Program-made: the position numbers and the translations under genes
Shown: in pieces, positions 57,749 to 63,437 of the stretch
Position numbering within the stretch: the first letter of the stretch is position 1
How the letters are laid out: each line of letters opens with the position of its first letter
Virus record (IMG/VR): IMGVR_UViG_3300029319_000008
Direction: 5' to 3' (one strand)
Source of the DNA: an uncultured virus (IMG/VR IMGVR_UViG_3300029319_000008)
Lineage: Duplodnaviria; Heunggongvirae; Uroviricota; Caudoviricetes
DNA length: 63,437 bases
Notes under the pieces: model-generated
Told to the model about the DNA's origin: nothing
The model's database searches: none
What the model saw: only the letters and a program-made list of their open reading frames with translations

Positions 57749-57997
57749 TTAAGTGTTACTTGTAAAGTTAGTGTCAATTGTTGAACCAGGATTTGCTTTC
57801 GCAATACTCTTTAAGACATCTTTAAAACCATCAGGTCTCTTGTCTCTAATATGAGCATCAGCAACCAAACCAGGAAAACTGGAGTGGTACTGTTCTAAAT
57901 GAGGGTTATCCTCTTTGTATTTATTAAGTTTTGTAAAACTCATACTGACTTCAATTATTTCACCAGTTTCTTTATTTCTAAAATCGTAACTAGGCAT
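57749..57997 (-). CDS. FmdB-like regulatory small protein
   Basis: MPSYDF.NKETGE..E..MS......Y...NPHLEQ; conserved position upstream of phoH. Confidence 0.7.
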   Translation of the reverse strand: MPSYDFRNKETGEIIEVSMSFTKLNKYKEDNPHLEQYHSSFPGLVADAHIRDKRPDGFKDVLKSIAKANPGSTIDTNFTSNT

Positions 57998-58649
57998 CTT
58001 TGTCCTCCTTGTGATGAGTCCATCCTAATGCTTCAGCAACTATTGGAAATTCTCCTGCAAACAAACACTTACATTCATTTGCAATATCCATATGTTCCTT
58101 CTGTGTGCCATGAGCAGATCGTAGTTCTATGTAATGAATCCAAGAACGAACTGAACCTGTCATATACAATCTTGTAGGTGTAGCGAGAGGAAGAACAAAT
58201 CTTGCACACTCTTTTGCAATACCCATGTCAAGCATGTGTCTGTAGATGTCCATGCCTTCATTGAAATATTTTTCAATAGCAATCTCAAGTTCTTGTTTTA
58301 AGAAAGGATCAACATCATCAATAGAATTCTGACGATTCTCCGTATCTTGACGACGTAACTCAAACATAGGAATATGATTTGCCAACATAGAACTATCAGC
58401 ATACCGTTGAGAAAATTCTTGGAATGTAAAACTACGATGTCTTAGAATTTGTGCTGCTAGTCCTCTAGTAGTTTCAATCTCAAGTGTCATGAATGCCTGC
58501 TCAAAGACGCTCCAATGCTGATGTTTTATACAATAGGATAAAAGACCTGCAACCTTCGGATTCTCTTGGTTCTTGGGGTTGCTGACACGTGCTACGTATC
58601 CCATATGTTTTTCAGCATCAGGAGTAACGTTAATAACTTTAACTTGCAT
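57990..58649 (-). CDS. thyX: FAD-dependent thymidylate synthase
   Basis: H.SVFEQ, QILRHRSFTFQEFSQRY, AKECARFVLP, R.AHGTQKEH. Confidence 0.97.
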   Translation of the reverse strand: MQVKVINVTPDAEKHMGYVARVSNPKNQENPKVAGLLSYCIKHQHWSVFEQAFMTLEIETTRGLAAQILRHRSFTFQEFSQRYADSSMLANHIPMFELRRQDTENRQNSIDDVDPFLKQELEIAIEKYFNEGMDIYRHMLDMGIAKECARFVLPLATPTRLYMTGSVRSWIHYIELRSAHGTQKEHMDIANECKCLFAGEFPIVAEALGWTHHKEDKDA

Positions 58650-58854
58650 AATACGCTTGATAATATTTCACAATGCCAGATGAACTGACATGACCTTGAG
58701 ACACCCAATCATGACAACATTCTTGAATGCTTCTCATGCTATGTTTTGGTTCTCCATTTTCTTTTCTCAAACCACCAAACTTATTGAGAAGAATGGTGTA
58801 TACAGCAGAGCGTAATTGTAATTCCTCTTCGCTGTACGAATAAGTTCGAGTCAT
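58639..58854 (-). CDS. Hypothetical protein
   Basis: MTRTYSY...LR..VY..LL..FG...IQECCHDWVSQG; ATGA overlap start. Confidence 0.65.
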   Translation of the reverse strand: MTRTYSYSEEELQLRSAVYTILLNKFGGLRKENGEPKHSMRSIQECCHDWVSQGHVSSSGIVKYYQAYYAS

Positions 58855-59210
58855 TTCTTTTTCTTGGTTGGTGATTTTTTTGTTGTGGGATCGTTCCACA
58901 GTTTTGGATTTATCATACCATACATAGTTTCCATCGTCAATATCTTACCTCCTACTGTTTTGAGAAGATCATAATAAGCATCAAAAACTTTTACATTTTT
59001 TGGTGCAACAACATGATCATGTTTGACAACACCATTAATTTCATATGTTACAAGAACAGCATTGCTTGGAAACTTTTTCTTATCAATGGTCTCAGGTTTA
59101 CAGTCATGAGAAAAAACCATCACGTCATAATTAGAACGCAACTGTTTTTTATCTGAATCTGTCAGGGCAAAGGTCATTGATGAATTTTCTACTTCTGTTA
59201 TGCATTCCAT
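58851..59210 (-). CDS. Conserved cyanophage hypothetical protein
   Basis: P.NA.LV.Y.......D.V......VFD.YYD, G.INPKLW (start may be 59177). Confidence 0.7.
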   Translation of the reverse strand: MECITEVENSSMTFALTDSDKKQLRSNYDVMVFSHDCKPETIDKKKFPSNAVLVTYEINGVVKHDHVVAPKNVKVFDAYYDLLKTVGGKILTMETMYGMINPKLWNDPTTKKSPTKKKK

Positions 59211-59623
59211 TTAATTTCTGGAAATGCTTCTTTTACTACAGCGTGAGTAATTCTAAATTTATCTTGCAGGTTTCCATCTTTCACTAAGCAGATAACTTCT
59301 GCTTCTGATTCATGAAGACCTTCAAGAAGTTGAAAGAATAATTGCTCTCGCTTCATGTTGGTAAGATCATTAGCACCTTTAATAAATCTCCAGAGGTTAC
59401 GATATTCTCTTTCAAGAACTGTATGCTCTGTACCAATAGGTGCATCATTTTTATTATATGGAACCTCACCCTCAGGCAGGTCAGATTTAATACCAGGATC
59501 AAAATTCCATTTTAACACTGAGCGAAGTGCTTGTGTGTTATTGTCTCTAAGAATTTTAATCTTTTGTGCTTTAGTTTTGGCATTAGATGCCTTTTTCATA
59601 ACTTCAGAAATCAATAGTTTCAT
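59198..59623 (-). CDS. Conserved T4-like hypothetical protein (DUF6433-like)
   Basis: LLISEV..K......K..KI..L, W.FD.....LPEG.VPY, KRE.LF.QLLEGLH..EAE. Confidence 0.8.
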   Translation of the reverse strand: MKLLISEVMKKASNAKTKAQKIKILRDNNTQALRSVLKWNFDPGIKSDLPEGEVPYNKNDAPIGTEHTVLEREYRNLWRFIKGANDLTNMKREQLFFQLLEGLHESEAEVICLVKDGNLQDKFRITHAVVKEAFPEIKWNA

Positions 59624-59651
59624 AAGAAATACAAAGAATCGTTTTGTTTAT

Positions 59652-59930
59652 TTAGTCATTATCCTCAAAGGGATCTGTGTCAAAGGGATCTTTTTGATTA
59701 AAATCTACACTGATCAATTTTGAAACATAAAATGGAAGTGGATTTCCTTCGTCATCCATCATTTCTGGATGAGGTGTGAAAGAAACTTCTTCACGTGCAT
59801 CTGAAATGCTTTCAGTGAGATGCTCGTAATATGTGTGAGCAAACCATCCAAATATAAATCCCAATAGTGTTCCACCAACAGTAAATAAAGTTGAGAACAC
59901 AAGAACTACAGATAAGTCCGTAAATTCCAT
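59652..59930 (-). CDS. Small membrane protein
   Basis: MEFTDL + TM segment + HPEM.D.EGN; GGAGG SD; late promoter ATAAATA at 60023-60029; alternative start 60008. Confidence 0.65.
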   Translation of the reverse strand: MEFTDLSVVLVFSTLFTVGGTLLGFIFGWFAHTYYEHLTESISDAREEVSFTPHPEMMDDEGNPLPFYVSKLISVDFNQKDPFDTDPFEDND

Positions 59931-60021
59931 CTTTTTACCCTCCTCTTTAGGTTGATCCTTTTCAGGTTCTTCTAATTTTTGTTTTTGACGCTTTCTCCTT
60001 TGAAGCATAAACTCATCACCT

Positions 60022-60396
60022 TTATTTATTGGTGATTGCTGCTTTTCTTTTTCTGGTTTTTGATCCAGGTTTTCTCCCTGGTTTTCTTTCTTGTTCATAC
60101 TTCCATGCATCATTTAAAATTTTGTAGAGATAGTCCTTAATTTTACGTGCTTTAGGTTTAGACAAATGTCCATATGCTTCTTTAGCAATAGTGTCCTTAC
60201 CCTTCAAGTATCTTTCTAACTCTAAAACTGTGTCAGATATACTTGCAGCAGTAGAACTTTCAATAAATTTGCTCACCTCTCTACGAGTGAACTTATATGA
60301 TTTGACATAGGTATAAAGATCGAACATAAACTTTCCATCAAAAGCAGCATCGATAGATCTTTCAACGAGAGAATAAAGTTCTTCTGTAGGTTCCAT
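60022..60396 (-). CDS. Conserved cyanophage hypothetical protein
   Basis: VE.SID.AF.GKF, FIESSTA..I, EAYGHL.KP.ARKI..YL..IL.DAW.YE. Confidence 0.8.
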   Translation of the reverse strand: MEPTEELYSLVERSIDAAFDGKFMFDLYTYVKSYKFTRREVSKFIESSTAASISDTVLELERYLKGKDTIAKEAYGHLSKPKARKIKDYLYKILNDAWKYEQERKPGRKPGSKTRKRKAAITNK

Positions 60397-60632
60397 TAGA
60401 TGAGTTTGTTTTCTTGAAGATAATGCAGTGTATCCTTAAATCCTCCGATGTGTCTAGTGTTAATAGAAATTTGGGGGAAGGTAGCACCCTCACCAAACTC
60501 AGCGTAGAATTCTTTTTTAGTAAAGTCGTTCTGATACTTGTATTCGGTGTATTTGATATCAAGGTTATTGAAAAGCATCTTTGCTCTTTCACACCATTGA
60601 CAATCCTTTTTAGAGTATAGAATTACTTCCAT
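60396..60632 (-). CDS. Glutaredoxin (NrdC-like)
   Basis: YSK..CQWC..AK, F..EFG.GATFPQI, HIGGF. Confidence 0.9.
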   Translation of the reverse strand: MEVILYSKKDCQWCERAKMLFNNLDIKYTEYKYQNDFTKKEFYAEFGEGATFPQISINTRHIGGFKDTLHYLQENKLI

Positions 60633-60665
60633 GTGTTGTGAATAACTGTAATTAATTATAATAAT

Positions 60666-60730
60666 AAAAAATCAGGGTGTCAACCCTGATTAATTTTCTA
60701 ATGAAAAAGGGACCAATAGGTCCCTATTTT
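60666..60730. terminator. Tandem intrinsic-terminator-like hairpins
   Basis: AATCAGGGT-GTCA-ACCCTGATT and AGGGACC-AATA-GGTCCCT, flanked by A/T tracts. Confidence 0.7.
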
Positions 60731-60744
60731 TAAAAGTGTATAAG

Positions 60745-61098
60745 TTAGAAAGTATATTTAGTTCCTAATTTTACACCGTATCCGTTGTCACTATCTTCTG
60801 CAGTTTGTACTGAGAACTCACCGTAAACACCAACGGCATCTGTTACGTCAACAGAACCACCAAGGTATCCAATGAAATCAGTTGTTGAATCGCCACCGTC
60901 AGCAGCAGTTACAATAGGACCACCAGATACATACCAGTTTTCTCCTTCCCAACCAATTTGTGCTTCAGTCGTTGTGCCTGTGTAATCAGATCCTGTTAAA
61001 GAGGAGTTAACTTCTACGTTAACATAAGGACCTGCAAAAGCAGCACCAGCGAAAAGGAATGGAGATGCAGCAACTGCTGCTAATGTTGATTTAATCAT
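60745..61098 (-). CDS. Small outer-membrane beta-barrel/porin-like protein (host-derived)
   Basis: Signal peptide ending AAFA-GPYVNVE; alternating strands; C-terminal YGVKLGTKYTF OMP signature. Confidence 0.8.
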   Translation of the reverse strand: MIKSTLAAVAASPFLFAGAAFAGPYVNVEVNSSLTGSDYTGTTTEAQIGWEGENWYVSGGPIVTAADGGDSTTDFIGYLGGSVDVTDAVGVYGEFSVQTAEDSDNGYGVKLGTKYTF

Positions 61099-61110
61099 TT
61101 TTGTTTAAAT

Positions 61111-61206
61111 ATTTTCTCGTAAGGAAAAACCCTACGGATGTTAGATGACCCCGACATGGGTCTCTTTTAATCTACGTAGGGTTACGATCTTTCGAGTCCT
61201 TCGTAA
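61111..61206 (-). ncRNA. Structured 5' leader of the OMP gene
   Basis: Stems TTACGA/TCGTAA (TC-GAAA-GA cap), CCTACG/CGTAGG, TAGAT/ATCTA, GACCC-ATGTCG-GGGTC. Confidence 0.55.
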
Positions 61207-61208
61207 TG

Positions 61209-61442
61209 TTATTTAGTATACACTTTCTTTGGGATTATGTCAAGGTGTGTATTACCACACTCTGAACTATTGTTGTTCCAATGTCTAATGACTCCTGATA
61301 TAATAAAACAATTTGTCACCAAATAGGAAACAAATATAATAGTTCTTACGATAGCAACTACGTTATCATAAGGTGCTGTCTTATCATCGGAAAAACTTCC
61401 AAGGGAATATTTCCATATTTTAATCAGGGTACCCATCATCAT
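61209..61442 (-). CDS. Small membrane protein
   Basis: IWKYSLGSFSDDKT..YDN.VA.VRT....YLVTN.FII.GVIRHWN, a conserved marine-phage family. Confidence 0.75.
   Translation of the reverse strand: MMMGTLIKIWKYSLGSFSDDKTAPYDNVVAIVRTIIFVSYLVTNCFIISGVIRHWNNNSSECGNTHLDIIPKKVYTK
61210..61243 (-). promoter_or_regulatory. Composite sigma70 + late promoter
   Basis: TTGACA(61238-61243)-17-TATACT(61215-61220) overlapping CTAAATA. Confidence 0.8.
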
Positions 61443-61584
61443 CGTCTAAAGAAAGAGGACGACACTTTGCAATTTCATCATACGTATAAGAAGATAAATC
61501 AGAATAGATTTCTGATTCTAATTCATTGGTAAGACGTTTAAGGTCGCTTAATAACGCCTTTAATCTTACTTTATCAATCGCCAT
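61420..61584 (-). CDS. Hypothetical protein (54 aa)
   Basis: MAIDKVRLKALL...LESEIYSD..SY...DDDDGYPD; late promoter at 61610-61616. Confidence 0.7.
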   Translation of the reverse strand: MAIDKVRLKALLSDLKRLTNELESEIYSDLSSYTYDEIAKCRPLSLDDDDGYPD

Positions 61585-61725
61585 TTGTCAACCCCCCTGT
61601 TTTTGAGTATATTTATTAGAAACAACTTATCTCTGACCTTATTAAAGGAAACAAACATGTTGTTGTATTCGTTATCACCGAAATAAAAAGTATCAATACT
61701 AAGATACTAAAAAGAAATAATGTTT

Positions 61726-61887
61726 TCATCCCCCTGCCATGTCGTCATAGTTAATGTCTTCTGCATCAATAATTGCTTTCATCATCTCTGCTATATCTTC
61801 CTCTGGTCTAGGGTTTTCATGATGTTTTCTAATGTCATTATGCAATCTTTCGACTGGTGACATCTCGTTTGATTCCTTTGACGACAT
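61726..61887 (-). CDS. Hypothetical acidic protein (53 aa)
   Basis: MSSKESNEMSPVERLHNDIRK...; GAGGT SD. Confidence 0.55.
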   Translation of the reverse strand: MSSKESNEMSPVERLHNDIRKHHENPRPEEDIAEMMKAIIDAEDINYDDMAGG

Positions 61888-61905
61888 AACTTTCTACCTC
61901 TGTTT

Positions 61906-62076
61906 CTAGTTGTCAAGTACCTCTACTCTATCTAGTTGACGTGTTCCAGCATAATTAAACCATGTGTTTCTTAAAAGATCCCAGTCATCAATGACCATCG
62001 CTTTTTTGTTTTTGAAGATTAATTTATATTTGTGACGATCATATGGAGCGTCAGATGTTTGAGTAAAATAAGACAT
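61906..62076 (-). CDS. Hypothetical protein (56 aa)
   Basis: YFTQTSDAPYDRHKYKL......DDW..LR.TWF......RVEVLD. Confidence 0.7.
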   Translation of the reverse strand: MSYFTQTSDAPYDRHKYKLIFKNKKAMVIDDWDLLRNTWFNYAGTRQLDRVEVLDN

Positions 62077-62080
62077 AATT

Positions 62081-62108
62081 AAAAAAAAAGAGGGGCAAAC
62101 CCCCTCTT
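62081..62108 (-). terminator. Rho-independent terminator of the DUF4278 operon
   Basis: AAGAGGGG-GTTTG-CCCCTCTT followed by a T-tract (T9 in total). Confidence 0.85.
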
Positions 62109-62111
62109 GTG

Positions 62112-62297
62112 TTACTTCTCTGCTTGTCTAGGATCAAACAGATTCCAGTGATTTATATTGAATGGTTGTAAGTAAACCCATTTAGCGTAATGGATACCCC
62201 TGTAACATAGCATTGCAAACACTCGTTCAGGATCGTGTTTTTCAGAATCATACTCTGGTAGATCTGTCGTGCCCCAACTAAAATGGATTTTTAGCAT
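62112..62297 (-). CDS. DUF4278-like protein
   Basis: LCYRGIHY motif. Confidence 0.6.
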   Translation of the reverse strand: MLKIHFSWGTTDLPEYDSEKHDPERVFAMLCYRGIHYAKWVYLQPFNINHWNLFDPRQAEK

Positions 62298-62301
62298 TGG
62301 T

Positions 62302-62394
62302 CTATCCTCTATTTAATTGAAGAAGCATTACCTCTCCGTAAATTAAAGATAGAACAACAACCATTGCAAGAGAAATTTCTGCAATTATTTGCAT
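62302..62394 (-). CDS. 30-aa membrane peptide
   Basis: MQIIAEISLAMVVVLSLIYGEVMLLQLNRG; AAGGAGG SD. Confidence 0.65.
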   Translation of the reverse strand: MQIIAEISLAMVVVLSLIYGEVMLLQLNRG

Positions 62395-62525
62395 AACTCT
62401 TCCTCCTTGTTTTTAACTGCAACACCTCTGTAAACTAATTGTTTTTGCTGAGGTTCTTGTTGCTGTTGTTGTTGTACACGAGTATCAGTATCGTACTGAA
62501 CTCCTCTGTAAGTGACTTGTGCCAT
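62385..62525 (-). CDS. DUF4278-family small protein (46 aa)
   Basis: MAQVTYRGVQYDT...QLVYRGVAV, two YRGV motifs; AGGAG SD. Confidence 0.85.
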   Translation of the reverse strand: MAQVTYRGVQYDTDTRVQQQQQQEPQQKQLVYRGVAVKNKEEELCK

Positions 62526-62566
62526 TTGTTCTTCTCCTAAAGTAATTGGATGTTTAATCCGTTCCT

Positions 62567-62737
62567 TCAGTCGTTTGCGTCTCTACAATTTAAACCCTCT
62601 AATTCGCTGAACTCATAGTACATATCGATGATTTCTTCTCGCTCGTGTTCTTTTAGATCAGGGTATGACCTAGCACGATTGATAAGAACCCCAATGTCTG
62701 CACATGAGATTGCTGTAGCAATTAAAGTTTCAATCAT
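62567..62737 (-). CDS. 56-aa protein encoded within riboswitch unit 2
   Basis: MIETLIATAISCADIGVLINRARSYPDL...EIIDMYYE...NCRDAND. Confidence 0.65.
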   Translation of the reverse strand: MIETLIATAISCADIGVLINRARSYPDLKEHEREEIIDMYYEFSELEGLNCRDAND

Positions 62738-62763
62738 AAGAGATGAACGATCCGTTCCGTGAC

Positions 62764-62967
62764 TTACTTGCGTCCAATAATAAAAGTATCACAGTCATCT
62801 GACACCTTTGTTCTCAAGTAATCTATAAGATACTCGTGAGCATCAGAGTTAAGATTCTTATTACTAAGTATCTCAATCCTATTTTGATTCCACTCTGCAC
62901 ACGACATTTCCCAATGGAAACTATTGTGTTCAGCAATCATTGATGCCAACAGTGTGATTTCTATCAT
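62764..62967 (-). CDS. 67-aa protein encoded within riboswitch unit 1
   Basis: MIEITLLASM...HWEMSCAEWNQNRIEIL...EYLIDYLRTKVSDDC. Confidence 0.7.
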   Translation of the reverse strand: MIEITLLASMIAEHNSFHWEMSCAEWNQNRIEILSNKNLNSDAHEYLIDYLRTKVSDDCDTFIIGRK

Positions 62968-62978
62968 TTGGATGAACG

Positions 62979-63015
62979 ATGTGTTAATATTAACACATTT
63001 TAATTATTTAGTCAA
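62979..63015 (-). promoter_or_regulatory. sigma70 promoter with a perfect 20-bp palindrome over the -10 and start site; overlapping late promoter
   Basis: TTGACT(63010-63015)-17-TAATAT(62987-62992); ATGTGTTAATATTAACACAT at 62979-62998; CTAAATA at 63005-63011. Confidence 0.7.
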
Positions 63016-63027
63016 GTTAACACTTTG

Positions 63028-63138
63028 TTAACTTTTATCGTTCATTTCTTTGAAAGACAATCTCATTATGGTGTATATGTACCAAGAGACAATTATAACA
63101 AGTATTGCTACCATAATAACAACTCCCCATACTATCAT
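63028..63138 (-). CDS. 36-aa membrane peptide
   Basis: MIVWGVVIMVAILVIIVSWYIYTIMRLSFKEMNDKS; ATGA overlap. Confidence 0.6.
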   Translation of the reverse strand: MIVWGVVIMVAILVIIVSWYIYTIMRLSFKEMNDKS

Positions 63139-63218
63139 TTCTTAAACACACCTAACTTTGCTAATGCATATACAGTCAAAGATGTCCAGAAAATAACTTC
63201 TAAAGCAATGTTATCCAT
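63135..63218 (-). CDS. 27-aa membrane peptide
   Basis: MDNIALEVIFWTSLTVYALAKLGVFKK. Confidence 0.55.
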   Translation of the reverse strand: MDNIALEVIFWTSLTVYALAKLGVFKK

Positions 63219-63432
63219 TTATAAAACAATTATTTTTTTCTCTACCTTCTACATACTTCTCTAGCACTTCTAATCTATCGTGCTGTTTAGAAATTGCATC
63301 TATTTCCTGTGTAACAGCATCCATAATATTAGAGTGCTCACCAATACCGACAGGATTGTGTAAGTAAACATCAATGTTGACTAGATGTTTTTTAATTTGT
63401 CCGTTCGCTTCTGCTTTAAGAGCAGCGATCAT
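63211..63432 (-). CDS. Conserved marine-phage hypothetical protein
   Basis: AL.A.A.G.I.KH..N..VYL.NPVGIGEHS.I; start may lie outside the window. Confidence 0.8.
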   Translation of the reverse strand: MIAALKAEANGQIKKHLVNIDVYLHNPVGIGEHSNIMDAVTQEIDAISKQHDRLEVLEKYVEGREKNNCFING

Positions 63433-63437
63433 TCTAG

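Larger units (their letters stand above)
62560..62980 (-). ncRNA. Tandem/nested glutamine riboswitch (glnA/Downstream-peptide class)
   Basis: Two CGUUCA-[P2]-CGCA...GGAACG units; P2 UCCAA/UUGGA and UCUCU/AGAGA; AGUA-AGUC...GACU-GAA; directly upstream of DUF4278. Confidence 0.8.

Noticed and set aside
54194..58649. Introns or inteins in gp32, phoH or thyX
   Set aside because: All are contiguous and of typical length, with no splice motifs
60009..60113. N-terminal extension of ORF 59652..60113
   Set aside because: Overlaps the upstream gene and lies partly upstream of the late promoter at 60023-60029
62449..62475. CAA/CAG poly-Gln tract as a separate repeat element
   Set aside because: A short low-complexity linker inside the DUF4278 gene
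62979..62998. NtcA box at the riboswitch promoter
   Set aside because: The palindrome does not fit GTA-N8-TAC; kept only as an unassigned operator

Overview
AT-rich 63.4-kb segment of a T4-like marine cyanomyophage (Kyanoviridae-type; Prochlorococcus/Synechococcus host inferred from cp12, thyX, phoH, DUF1825, DUF4278 and an OMP-like gene). 1-8.0 kb is an early-gene island on the minus strand: many small ORFs, three nucleases (HNH/AP2-like, Endo VII, HNH) and sigma70 promoters, six of them paired with a 24-bp palindrome. It also holds two related ORF-less hairpins and a non-coding cluster of cyanobacterial-type DnaA boxes next to an AT-rich tract. 8.1-37.0 kb holds seven very large virion/tail-fibre genes (PA14-like, dockerin/EF-hand-like, LRR and beta-helix domains, plus a paralogous pair). 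37.2-37.7 kb is an RNA cluster: tRNA-Leu(UAA), tRNA-Arg(UCU), a manA-like RNA and an anticodon-less tRNA-like element. 37.9-52.5 kb is the baseplate/tail module (PAAR, split gp5, cp12, gp27-like, two tape-measure-like genes, gp26/gp51, gp54-like, gp4, gp2, gp48, gp53). 54-60.6 kb is the replication/transcription module (gp32, gp59, gp33, exonuclease, phoH, thyX, glutaredoxin). 60.7-63.4 kb has an OMP-like gene with a structured leader and a glutamine-riboswitch-led DUF4278 operon. Best leads: (1) two glutamine-aptamer units that each carry a complete protein-coding ORF in the P2 loop; (2) an oriC/datA-like DnaA-box cluster in a phage; (3) a lambda G/GT-style -1 frameshift site fusing gp26 to gp51 just upstream of the tape-measure gene. 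All family calls come from motif recognition by eye; no searches or folding programs were run.
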